From: Octopus sinensis
Taxonomy: Eukaryota
DNA length: 39,235 bases
Assembly (NCBI RefSeq): GCF_006345805.1
Contig: NW_021835561.1
Coordinates: 1 to 39,235, forward strand
Reading direction: 5' to 3'
The notes under the pieces are model-generated. The model did not search any database. It was not told the DNA's origin and saw nothing but the letters and a program-made list of their open reading frames with translations. Both the position numbers and the translations under genes were made by a program. Numbering within the stretch: the first letter of the stretch is position 1; the number at the start of each line of letters is the position of its first letter. Below, in pieces: positions 12,181-24,045 of this stretch.

Positions 12181-13404
12181 GCAGGCATTTATATAGCACA
12201 CAAGCACCGCGCGCACATAACGCCCACACAACTCCTAAAACCCACACATACACACGCATGTACAAATAGACATACACACCGATACATATACATACACACA
12301 ATATATGCCTACACGCGCACACACACACACACATACACATACGTATACACATATAGATACAGACACACTCACGCACGCAAAACATTGGCACGCAAATGCA
12401 CACACGCACACGAATGCACACACCGAAAACTCACAACCCCACGGATACACGTATATACACCCATATACGCTTACACACACACACATACAAACGCACATGT
12501 ACACGCACACACAACTACACGCACATACGAGATGCACGCACATACATACACACACACACACAAATGAACCCACACATACATCCCATACACACGGCACACA
12601 ATTATACATACACGCACACAATTATACATACATGTATACACACAAACGCAAAGTTATTCGCCACACACCCAAACTCTACACACACACACACGTGTCATCA
12701 TTGCACACATACACACATACAAACACACGCACACATACACTATGTAAAGCACAGTTATTCGCCACACACCCTAACTCTACGCCTACACACACGAACACAC
12801 ACACATGCACACACACACACTACAAACAAAACACACACACGATTCATATACATACACGCACACACACACATACTTCAAACTAGCAGTACCTACTACTTGA
12901 CCTGTGGTAGAGACAAAAAGAGCCACGCCCAAATGCTTCTTCCTTGATCTTAACACTACTAGCCCTACAACACGCAAAGTTTAACAGCCACAACCACACA
13001 CACTTATACACACACATGCACACACAAACTTGTCATTATTGTATACATACACACATACACACACACGAACACGCAGACCTCCGCGCACGCTCTTATCCAC
13101 ACTTACACACACATTCCTCCTCCTCTACCTCTCTCCTATCTTTGAAAGGACTTTTCTTCACCCATTTCCTTCCGGTCATTCAAAATGTGACCACGAGTGT
13201 ACTGTTGGCGATTTTTTTCCCTCTGTCTTCTCTCCTCTGGATCTTTCCTTCTCGTATGTTTCCGACGAAGAATCTCACCCGAAACGTTAAACCCTCCTTC
13301 TTTCCTTTTTTCCTGAGCGTCCAATAATACTATATTTTTCCACGTCCTCGCGTTGTTGTTTTCTGTGCTTTCTTGTTTGGATTAAATTTAACTATATTTA
13401 TACA

Positions 13405-13447
<43 letters not shown>

Positions 13448-13461
13448 GTGTGTGTGTAGAA

Positions 13462-13514
<53 letters not shown>

Positions 13515-13538
13515 TGTGTGTGTGTTTGTGTGTGTGTA

Positions 13539-14204
13539 CAAGCAGACATACCCGGCATTGCTGGGGATTGAAATGGCAAAGTTGGTATATAATATATTCC
13601 AGTCATTTTGAAACAGGTGATATGGGAATGTGAAACATTGACAACAAAACATTTGTAGAGTAAATGCTGGGCTAATTCGACTAAGCAACATTCTATGCGT
13701 CCGTTTGGAGTGTTTCAGGCCCTAACCTGTCATGCAAAATTAGAGCTGGGGTTTCTGTGATTTTTGAACGCACCGAAAAGCTGTCAGTGGATATACTCTC
13801 CTTTGCAGCAGTGTGCGCTGTGTCTAACACGACCCATCATCGGAAATTTTGACACCTCACGTCGGGTTTGTTGTCATACATCACTCATAGAGCAAATTTG
13901 GAGGAACTGTGGTTGTTCATTCGCGGGTACCAGGGAACCATTGAGGGGATAGAACTTTGACGTCGGCGTAAATTCATGTTTATCTATTTTCTTAGATTCA
14001 CTAAACGATGTCATTTGAAATGCAGAGTTGTATTGTCTGATATTGTTCAGAAAATCCTTTGACTTGATGGAAGCACCTTCTAGAAGATTCCTAAAGGGTT
14101 GAGATGGTATTGCCGGCAATGATACCTGTCCGAATATGTTGTCATCTATTGCATTGTTTTAAGTTCTAAACGATAATAAATTCCCTGAAGTTCTATTTAT
14201 ATGA
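13539..14204 (-). mobile_element. Helitron, copy in unit 2
   Basis: Same element (ORF 13874-14119 NIRQYNSAFQMTSF...QPQFLQI). The terminal CTAG is mutated (caag on + strand) and there is a short internal deletion. Confidence 0.75.
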
Positions 14205-14226
14205 TCCTATTTCTATTTTTTCACAG

Positions 14227-14278
14227 AACCGTTTCATCTCCAAGAAATCTCTCGACGATAAACCCGATGACACACCAA
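14227..14278 (+). CDS. Copy 2 exon 2 (NRFISKKSLDDKPDDTP), stalk
   Basis: tttttcacag|AAC ... CCA A|gtaaga, 52 nt, phase 0-1, compatible with exons 1 and 3. Confidence 0.75.
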
Positions 14279-14499
14279 GTAAGAAATAATTTTATGGCTA
14301 AAGTCTTTTACCCGTGTCTCCTTAACCAATGATTTATAATTTCACCAACTTTGAATTAGTTCCACATTACTATCCATATGTCCACAATAATATATACTAA
14401 GACACTTACCTGAATTTCTTTCGAAATATGTTCTACTTTACAATAATTTCCTAAATAAAATGTTATTCATTATACTATGGCATTTATTGTGTGTATATG

Positions 14500-16130
14500 A
14501 GTATATCTGCAGTGCTACGTCGAGAATTGTTTCTGCACGCACGGTGCCCCCGAGTGTGCTCTTCGCCGAGTGTCCGAGGCGGCCGGTACGTTCACTATGA
14601 AAAAATTGGAGTGCTCAGAGCGAGCCACGCCGGCTTGCATACGAAAAGCATGGAATGCCCTCTTCATTTGAGAATCAAATGCCCGAGCTGGCGTTTCACT
14701 GCGTTTATATCTACAATTCAGTATTCTGTCCACTCTTGTGCTTCTAATCATTCGTGAATAGAGACACGAAATAATGATGTTCCACTTTCCTACACATTGC
14801 ATATTTGTCAATCCTACCTTGGGTTACACGGCAGCTAACCCATTCAATGCAAGTTGTTGGTGACCATCAGACGAATCAGGTAGCAGCATGTCGTCCACAA
14901 ATACCAGTCGACCGATCACGTAGAGACGAATTGGGATACCTCTACCACAATGGCTGCGCATATTCAACCAGATCACAAAAAGAATGTGAGAAGGGGCGCT
15001 AACAATGCACACTTCAACTAAGGGAAACCTTCACGTTGAAATTTTTCGACATTTACATAAATACAATCATTTGAACATCCATATAATTATTTTATGGCGA
15101 CAAATATTTGCCCAATAAACTCACCTTCATGGTAAACCATCCACAACATGCCCCAGGGCACGTGATCGTGTGCCTTTTTGTTGTTTTCAGCGTATTCCTA
15201 CTGGAAATGCTTCACTGTTTGCTGGAAGATCTGTCTTTGAACGACTTTCTGGTCGGATGTACTGCGTCCCGGACACGACAATTTCCCTACATAACTTTTC
15301 CTGACATCTAGTGTAGACTTTTCTATAATTAGAACACACTCTTTGGTCTCCGTTTGAAAAAATTGTGATTGTTGATTGTCTCCCCATATTACCATTGCCT
15401 TGGTGTTTTTTCGAGAGGTCCCATCCACCTAGCATACATGGGTCACTCAGAGAATACCATCTGTATTTAAGTTTTCTAAACTATCAAGCCGACCCTGCTT
15501 TTCAGCAGCAGTTTTACCACTTTTAAGTAAATTGAGATCAAATAAGCGTTCAACCGAAGAAGAACCTGCCGAAAATATTATACAATCACGAATCCATTTC
15601 GATGTCCAAGTTCATTCAGGAGGGTCACTCTAAATTTGGATGCAAAAGTCTCCACTGAGGCTTCCAACTGTATTCTGTAGGTCGCACTGGACTTACCAAT
15701 TTCCAATGTTCGGCAGACTGCAGGAATTTTCAGGTTTTTAGACATTTAGGTAGTGACGAATTGATAACTCCACCCCTTCCCGTTACCCGTACGTTCAGCA
15801 AAGAGTGAAAGATGACCGAACTCTATCAGAAACCTCTGTCACCAAGTATTTCTATACCAGGCACCCTTATAAATATCCCTGTCTTAAAATAATATCTATA
15901 CCATGGAGAGGAGAGTGTGTATCCTGCACAGAAGGCTGCTATGACCTCTCCATTAAGTTCACTGACGACATTCCTTCCAATCAATCCTTCTCACGGTTAT
16001 CAGTGCCAAGGTGTGCACTGAAGTCTCCTTGCAGGACAAATGACTTTACCCCAAATATATCTAAAGCTGAGGTGAATTTGCTTAGGAAGGATTTGTATTT
16101 GACCTCGCTGTTTGCTGCATATACTTACAG
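14500..16130 (-). mobile_element. Decayed RTE-clade LINE in intron 2 of copy 2
   Basis: RT-like relics GDQRVCSNYRKVY, CPGRSTSDQ and RLVFVDDMLL (degenerate YADD region), plus the endonuclease GDF region. Many stops and frameshifts. Confidence 0.7.
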
Positions 16131-16384
16131 TACGATAAGGGCTCCAAGGAATAATCATACCCCGTCATCCATCGAGAGGGATCAAAGCAGTTACCTCCGG
16201 ATCATGAGTGGAGGTGTCCATTCGGGAAATATATATCAGTCTCCACCAATCTTAATCTGTGATGCATTGGAAGGGAATACATAATATGCGTGTTCCAGGA
16301 CCCCGAAGCAGTTCCAGAAGGGATCAACCGTTCATAATTGAGAATTAGACTGTCAAACCCGGACGGTACAAAACGCTGCCTGTT

Positions 16385-16660
16385 ATATATAATTGGTGTC
16401 TCCTCAAGAAAGCTTCGTTACTTCGGAGGCGTACACTTGGAAGTAGGTTGGAAACTCCACCGTGCAGGTGTGGTGCCAACTATGTCAGCACAGGCGGAAG
16501 TGGGATGCAGCTTTGGATATATTTGGGGTAAAGTCATTTGTCTTACAAGGAGACTTCCGTGCACACTTTGGCGCTGATAACCGCAAGAAGTATTGATTGG
16601 GTGGAATGGCGTCACACACCTTAATGGGGTGGTCATACTAGTCTTCTGGCAGGAAACGGA
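16385..16660 (+). mobile_element. Second, opposite-orientation fragment of the RTE-type endonuclease region
   Basis: IIGVSSRKLRYFGGVHLEVGWKLHRAGVVPTMSAQAEVG. 16508-16583 is the reverse complement of 15994-16069. Confidence 0.6.
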
Positions 16661-17124
16661 CTCTCTTCGCGCCCAAACACCAAGCTGATATTTGTAATTG
16701 ACCAATCAGGTGCCAAGAATTGATAATATGGCCTACATATCTATAAAAGAAGGACTTTATCATCATTACGCTCACAAATATATATATATATATACTCACA
16801 TCCAAGTTCAACTACAAAATAAACATCTGTTCTTAAGGGAGACAAATACACATTCTGATATTCTGAGATTAATCTCTCAATTCGTTGACATCAACATCAA
16901 CAACAGGCTCAATAGACAAATGACAAATTTTCTTCGTTTAAAATTTATTCTTAGCGAATCATTTACTTCTTTCATTCTGATTTTCATTCATTCACTCATT
17001 CTTTTTCTCTTAAATTCTAAATATCTCTCCTCTCTATCAATTCCTTCTAAGCCAACAACTTTCTTTGTATAGGATTCAAGAATTCTTTCTTTTATACTTA
17101 ATTGTTTCATTTTAAATTTCACAG

Positions 17125-17199
17125 AACCTGGTCCCGGATCATTGTATACCCGGTGGGGAATAACAACTTGTCCTCCTTATTCAAACCTTGTATATGACG
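17125..17199 (+). CDS. Copy 2 exon 3 (PGPGSLYTRWGITTCPPYSNLVYD)
   Basis: cacag|AA acceptor, G|gttagt donor. Carries the YxRWGxxxCP motif typical of SSCC-like domains. Confidence 0.85.
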
Positions 17200-18126
17200 G
17201 TTAGTATAAACTATACTTCTGTTCACTCTTTCTCTCTTTATCTTTATCTTCTTCTCTTTTTATTCCTCCCATTTTCTCTTTCTGTCGCCCCCTCTTTTTC
17301 CGTTTCTCACACGGACACGCACGCAGGCACACTCAAGCAAATCATGTGATATATCACGTTTCAAACGATACCTATAGACCCTGTAGAGACTGCACAAGAC
17401 AGCTTACTCCTTTCTAAGTATTTTGTCAAATCAGAATTTTAAATGTTGTCTACTACGGACCAGGTGAAAATGATGTTGTCTAACTACAGAATATAGATAT
17501 CTCTACGTTAAATTATAGATAGGGACTAGACTGGAATCCAGTGTAGCGATCAAGGACACCTGGCTGACTTGTATGGAGTGTAGATATCAAATACCGAGGC
17601 TGCTAACTGGTGATCAAGTGTACTGGATATGGATGGTGGTATTATACGTGAGTGACAAGAGCTGAAATGTGGCTACTTGACTATCATTAACTAGAGTGTC
17701 TATTGAATGTCGTTATAGACTAAATTGAATAAGGTCTCTTAGAACTGATGAATGAATGTATATGGTTAATGAAATGAACGCAGAATGTACAATGTGGACT
17801 GGACAAACCATAGACTGTAACTAATGAACAAAGCTAAGGGCGGTATGTATTATGCAAAATATGGAGGGACCAAGTACCACTGAGAGAACCCAAGTGAGTA
17901 CATATTGTACTTCTATTCTTATTCGCCTTACCGAAATCGTACTATTCCTCAAACCTCTCTCTTTTCATGCACCACCTCCCCTCATTAAATGTCTAGTATA
18001 TCTTTGTAAGGTAACGCCGGCACATCCAATTCAAAGCTACTGCTTTCCACATCTTCTCCAACCGACGTCGCATCCTTTGTGACTCTGCTCTCTATAAACC
18101 CTATACGTAACCTTTATATGTACCTT

Positions 18127-18251
18127 TATATATAATCGGTGTCTCCTCAAGAAAGCTTCGTTTCTTCGGAGGCATACACTTGGAAGTAGGTTGGAAACTC
18201 CACCGTGCAGGTGTGGTGCCAACTATGTCTGCACAGGCGGAAGTGGGATGC
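18127..18251 (+). mobile_element. Duplicate of LINE fragment 16385-16507
   Basis: atataatcggtgtctcctcaagaaagcttcg...gtgggatgc is nearly identical to 16388-16507. Confidence 0.65.
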
Positions 18252-18769
18252 CCACTCCCGTCTCCATTCATCTTAAGCACTACGCCATCAATGAGCTTCA
18301 AAATTCACCACACTTCAGTTCATGCTTTGCATGAAATAAAATCTGTGTGATCATAATATTATAGTATGTGGTAGGCCCGTCTCGTGGTAGGCCTGACTCG
18401 TACGAGACAAACCGATGGATATAGCCAGCCACACCCGTATGGTTGGCTAAACAGTATTTCATCCACTCTTACCCACCAGTTCTCTGCATCTCGCCCTCTC
18501 TCGTATTGTTCTACTCAAACCACATGCAATTCCCATCACCAACAATTTTCCTGTTCAAACGTAAACGACATCTTTTCCATGTCGGGAAATCACGACCACA
18601 TGCGTCACAAAATCCCTTTCCTTTCTCCGTTTATTGACATCCACACACAAACATCTATCCCATGCAAGACACATCACAACCACAAATACTGACTCGTAAA
18701 CACACACACACACATATATGTATATATATATATATATTCATTTAAAATGTGACCGCCTGAGTACCGTTT

Positions 18770-18925
18770 ACCCTTCTTTGGATCTTTCCTTTTCCTATGA
18801 TTCTGACGAAGAGCTCCGCTCGAAACGATAAAACCTCATTCTTTCCTTCTTTCATGGGCGTCCAATAACACTATACGTGTTCCAAGTCCTCGCAATATTG
18901 TGTTTTCTCTTTGTGTTTTTACGCT
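18770..18925 (+). mobile_element. Penelope-like element tail with minimal hammerhead-like motif
   Basis: CTGACGA-A-GAGC TCC GCTC-GAAAC at 18803-18826. Related degenerate copies lie at ~440-600, ~13225-13380 and ~28095-28220. The Penelope assignment is inference from the known PLE-hammerhead association. Confidence 0.5.
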
Positions 18926-18930
18926 TGGAT

Positions 18931-18969
<39 letters not shown>

Positions 18970-19204
18970 TAAATATATATATACATGAACAGAGAGAGAA
19001 AGACACAGCTGCGAACACATGCGCACTCCCATACAGCAACACACAGCTTACACTCACATAAACACTAACATATACACAACAATTCGTTCTCACGTGACTA
19101 AACATGACTTCTTTTAAGGGTCAAACTGTTATGAATGTTTCCATTATTTCATATATAATTTTTCCTCTTATCTTTTTTATTTGATTCATTCTTACCAATT
19201 CTAG

Positions 19205-19704
19205 GTGTGGCTGGTGGACAATGGTTCGATCATACAGGTGGCGGAAGTAATCTCTTATGTCTACCTAACGACCCCATTTAGGCCAATTATACTACAGGAG
19301 AAGAAAAAGGTGGTTACATTGCTGGCAGTGAATATCAACTGGAATTCTACCCAACTAATAAACTCTTTTCTTTTGCTAACGCTAAATCACTTCATGATCA
19401 CAACGTTCCGTGCGCTGTCTGTTTGACACGACAACCTGCTGTTGTTATGATGTTACCAGCCAGGACAAAGTGTTACCCTGGTTGGACAGCTGAGTATTCG
19501 GGATATTTGATGTCCGGTTATTTCGGGCATAAGGGCAGACATGAATATGTGTGTGTAGATTATGCACCAGAAGCTGATCCAGCAGGTTACAGAAACGAAG
19601 ATGGAGCTCTATTATATTTCGTTCAGGCTGCTTGTGGTTCATTGCCATGTCCACCGTATGTCCATGGTCAAGAATTATCCTGCGTTGTGTGCAGTAAATA
19701 TTGA
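19205..19704 (+). CDS. Copy 2 exon 4, Cys-rich SSCC-like NC1 domain, in frame but with TAG at 19279-19281
   Basis: ctag|GT acceptor. Reads VAGGQWFDHTGGGSNLLCLPNDPI*ANYTTGEEKGGYIAGSEYQ...CVVCSKY, stop at 19702-19704. Confidence 0.8.
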
Positions 19705-19814
19705 GCAGAAATTAAATTCGGTTCCATATGAAAATATCTCTGTGAATTACATGAAGTAACATAAAATTTTAATTGTGTTACCTAATATTTTCTTTAAAGC
19801 ATGTCTATCGTTAC

Positions 19815-19820
19815 AATAAA
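19815..19820 (+). terminator. Candidate polyadenylation signal of copy 2
   Basis: AATAAA ~110 nt after the stop, conserved at 34998-35003 in copy 3. Confidence 0.45.
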
Positions 19821-20069
19821 CTGTTGTACTAGTTTACAGAAGATATTCAAACAATACAAAAGAGGCGACGTAGAATGCCAGAAATATCCTCAAAAACAAG
19901 AAAAATCTAAATCTGTCGAAATGATTCTAGAAAAAACATTTTGTAAGATTTCAGTTTATCAAACTTATCGTTGAAATAAAATGTTATTTTGTTTAACAGT
20001 ATTTTGTCTTCTGTCTCATGATTCAACAAACCCCTAATAAAGAACCACCATAGAATTATATCAGCTTTT

Positions 20070-20330
20070 CATGCACAGCCTTAGAAAATCTAATACTCGA
20101 CGCTACTATCTCAGACATCTTGGTTTTCAAATTACAACTCAGATTCTGACAAGGAGCCATGAACCGCTACATTACTTAGCACAGAATTTAACTGATTCTT
20201 TCAACAACAACCAAATACTTCCACACAATCCATTCTATTTTCCGTTATTAATCAGGAAAGCTTTCCGTTCCATTCCTACCCCATATCTCATAAAACCTAT
20301 TTATCGTCTACTTTAGAAATATCACAAAAT
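20070..20330 (+). mobile_element. Possible decayed non-LTR RT fragment (also 35250-35510)
   Basis: HLGFQ...LHYLAQNLTDSFN...LIRKAFRSIP loosely follows the QxGFR...LDxxKAFDxV RT motifs. Confidence 0.4.
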
Positions 20331-21190
20331 GTTCAATTTAAGCTTTCTGAGAATGTGGAATTTACACGATCAATCCCTCAAAAGACAGTATAAATGAGTA
20401 TTGGTCCTGCCAACCTAAATCTATATCACAAAATTCCCACCTTTCTTCAAAATAAGATACAAAATGAAACTCGATGCATATACTAAACGCTGATGTACAA
20501 GAATAAGAAAGGAAATCAACCAGAAAAATTGCCTCATTTCGACAGCAGAGAACATCAAATACGACGATTTCTTTCACTCATCTACGTAAACATAACAGAA
20601 CCGAAGAAAGGATGGATCCTAGAAGCTGAATACATTTCATGCGAAACGAATACAACACCCGTAAAAGTGAGAGTAAAGAGAGCAAATATAGTCAGGGCAA
20701 GCACGGATGCTGTGTGTAAGAAGGCTGAGATGTTGTGACCGTCACGTTATATCCAATAGGATTCATGATTGTATGTTGGAGTGCGTCCAATATTTGTTAG
20801 ATACACGAAGGCTAACAACATCACGTTCCAATAAATATTAAAGATTGCTTCGTGTTTACAATCCGGCTGTAATTATTCTGATGGGCAAATCCGGATTCGC
20901 TTCTCTGGATTATGAATATTTTCCTGACTCTAAATTCTAAACAATTGCACAGAATACGGACGCTGGTAAATCATCAAATTTTTCTTTTGATTCAGTTGTT
21001 AGTGATGCAGCATAATTAGACAGTTAAAACGACCGCCATGTGTTAAAGCTGTACAGAGCATGCGCAGCTGCATATGCAACCTATCATTACAAAAGGAAAA
21101 TGATGGGACTTTGTTGAAATCTGACATGGCTGTAAGATTTATTTTGTAGCTTATTTCAAATTAACCTTATTTCGAGGGCCAAACCGAGAG

Positions 21191-21195
<5 letters not shown>

Positions 21196-21246
<51 letters not shown>

Positions 21247-21252
21247 ACACCT

Positions 21253-21312
<60 letters not shown>
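21196..21312. repeat. Compound (CA)n(TA)n microsatellite
   Basis: Perfect CA run followed by a TA run. Confidence 0.95.
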
Positions 21313-21314
<2 letters not shown>

Positions 21315-21649
21315 CTAAGGTCAAACTATATCTGAGGGGTCTAATATGCTTCATCTAAAAAAATTTAATCATAACTATGGAATTCCGTCGTACATATGCA
21401 GTCCATACGGAAGGTGCACTTGTGAATTGAGTTTCAAATGGGAGACACTGCACCTGTATGTTTTGCTATGGTTTATAAAACAAGAAGAACAAATATTCAA
21501 AGCTAGTGATAATGACTAGCTAAAAATATGTATGAATGTCATTATTCGGTTTTAATAGAATATTTCTGGCTAACAGAAAGAGAGACGGCTTCTAACTTAG
21601 TTCCAAGTATCTTTCATTGGAATTTCAACAACATGAACAGGATATTTTT

Positions 21650-22375
21650 GTATGCATGTATGTATGTATTTATGTATGTATGTATGTATGTATGCATACA
21701 TGTATGTATGCATGTATGTATGTATGCATACATGTATGTATGCATGTATGTATGTATGCATACATGTATGTATGCATGTATGTATGTATGTATGAATGTA
21801 TGTATGCATGTATGTATGTATGCATGTATGTATGTATGCATGTATATATGTATGCATGCATGTATGTATGTATGTATGTGTGTATGTATGTATGTATGTA
21901 TGCATGTATGTATGTATGTATGCATGCATGTATGTATGTATGTATGTATATATGCATGTATGTATGTAAGCATGTATGTATGAATGTATGTATGTATGCA
22001 TGCATGTATGTATGTATGTATGTACGTATGCATGTATGTATGTATGCATGTATGTATGTATGCATGAATGTATGTATGTATGTATGCATGAATGTATGTA
22101 TGTATGTATGTATGTATGTATGTATGCATGCATGCATGTATGTATGTATGTATGTATGTATGCATGCATGTATGTATGCATGTATGTATGTATGCATGTA
22201 TGTATGTATGCATGTATGTATGTATGCATGTATATATGTATGTATGTATGCATGCATGTATATACGTATGTATGCATGTATGTATGTATGTATGTATGCA
22301 TGCATGTATGTATGCATGTATGCATGTATGTATGTATGTATATATGTATGTATGTATGTATGCATGTATGTATGT
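21650..22375. repeat. (TATG)n tract with CATG variants
   Basis: About 720 bp. Counterpart 36660-37145 is shorter. Confidence 0.95.
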
Positions 22376-22750
22376 CAGGTCACTTTCGAGTGCTACAGGT
22401 AACATGTAACCCAGTACAACCTGTTGCATTGTCGGTTCGTCGGCGACTAAACCCGCAACCGCACGAAGCTTGCTTGGTGAGAAGGGAGTTTATTGGACAC
22501 CCTGCGGGATGAAAAACAAAACCCGTCAAAGAGCGGAGGCACTCATGAGAGTCAACGGCCATCCAATATATGTCTTAAGGCTGTATCATGCGCGGGGACA
22601 TAGAAATAATCGGACTGAATACCCGATCGCGCGGTTAAACCATTGGGAGTGAAGGATTCCTCGACTTTGTTAGGGCATTCTTCTAGGAGAAGATAACTCA
22701 GGTAACTGGGATGACCCCGATATAAAACCCGCGGCTCGGTGGTTACCGAT
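22375..22750 (+). mobile_element. Interspersed repeat, possibly a LINE 5' UTR (paralogous copy 37143-37515)
   Basis: GC-richer island between (TATG)n tracts with ctaggagaag..aactc...taaaacc, resembling RTE 5' UTRs. Family not securely identified. Confidence 0.35.
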
Positions 22751-22929
22751 GATGTTGACTTGTTCTTCTTTTCGGATTATGGCTGCTGTTGCTTAGTGAA
22801 TGGGATTGACACAGTGCACAGCCTTTCCTCACTATAAAAAAATTCTTCATGCAAAGGCATTGCAAGATAAAAACATTGATTAAGCTTCGTGCAATGCCCA
22901 TACTCGATAACGAGGGGGCAGCCACCAAG

Positions 22930-23410
22930 TATGTATGTATGTATGGATGGATGGATGGATGTAAGTATGTAGGCATGTATGTATTGATTAAATATGTATG
23001 TATATATATGTATGTATGTGTATATGTGTCTATCGATATATACATGCTTATATTCAAACATACATGCATGTATACATGTATACATACATGTATGTATAAA
23101 TATATGTGTACATGTATGTATGTATGTATGAAAGTATGTATGTATGTATGTATGTATGTATGTATGTATGTATGTATGTATGTATGTATGTATGTATGTG
23201 TGTATGTATGTATATATATGTGTGTGTATGTAAGTATATATGTATGTATGTATGGGGGTATGTATGTTTGTATATATGTATGTATATACGTGAGTGTGTA
23301 TGTATGCATGTATGTATGTATGTATGTATGTATGTATGTGTGTATGTATGTATGTTTGTATGTATGCTTGTATGTATGTGTGCATGTATGTATGTATATA
23401 TGTATGTATG
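22930..23410. repeat. (TATG)n-rich tract
   Basis: Visible repeat; the counterpart in unit 3 is interrupted by the RTE insertion. Confidence 0.9.
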
Positions 23411-23565
23411 GGTGGGTGGGAATTGGTAGGTTTTGATTTTGATATTCACATTAAACTTTTCTAATCAGATTAACGCTTGTTGTGAAGAATCCAAACCGAA
23501 CAGCGGACTTCATTAGTTTAATGTGTGGCTCGAACGAAATACTTCCCACACTGAATATTAAAACA

Positions 23566-23982
23566 GTGTGTGAGTGTGTGTGTATGTGTGTGTGTGTGTG
23601 TTGTGTGTGTGTGTGTCAGTGTATGTGTGCGTGTGGGAGTGTGTGTGTGTGTGTCAGTGTGTGTGTGTGTGTGTGTCAGTGTATGTGTGTATGTCAGCGT
23701 GTGTGTGTGTGTGTCAGTGTGTGTGTGTCAATGTGTATGTGTGCGTGAGTGTTTGTGTATGCGTAACAAAATGTATCTGTGTTTGTGTGTCAGTGTGGGT
23801 TGGTGTGTGTGTGTGTGTGTTGATGTGTGTGTATGTCAGTGGGTGTGTGTGTGTGCGTGTGTGTGTCTGTGTGTCAGTGTTTGTTGGTGTGTGTGTTGGT
23901 GTTTGTGTCAGTGTGTGGTTGTGTGTGTGTGTGTCAGTGTGAGTGTGTGTGTTAGTGTGTGTGCGTGTCTGTGTCTGCGTGT

Positions 23983-24022
<40 letters not shown>

Positions 24023-24045
24023 TCTTTGTGTCTATGTGTATTCGT
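23566..24045. repeat. Degenerate (TG)n tract at the unit 2/3 boundary
   Basis: TG repeat with TCAG interruptions, bracketed by a 34-bp direct repeat. Confidence 0.95.

Larger units (their letters stand above)
9051..19704 (+). pseudogene. Copy 2 of SSCC/short-chain collagen C4-like NC1-domain gene; complete four-exon structure with a single in-frame TAG
   Basis: Exons 9051-9194, 14227-14278, 17125-17199 and 19205-19704 splice in frame with GT-AG sites (phases 0,1,1) to ~256 codons. The only lesion seen is TAG at 19279-19281, where copies 1 and 3 have TGG. Confidence 0.75.

Noticed and set aside
16620-16630. Short complement (cttaatggggt) to the sequence around the copy 2 TAG, as a possible editing-complementary sequence
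   Set aside because: Only 8 contiguous base pairs, 2.6 kb away; expected by chance.
21528-23449. Long ORFs (up to 271 aa) such as MYVCMYVC.../HTYIHTYI..., and similar ones at 10556-11102, 12305-12947, 23570-24052 and 36609-37280
   Set aside because: They are translations of (TATG)n, (TATC)n, (CA)n and (TG)n microsatellites, which lack stops in several frames. No coding signal.
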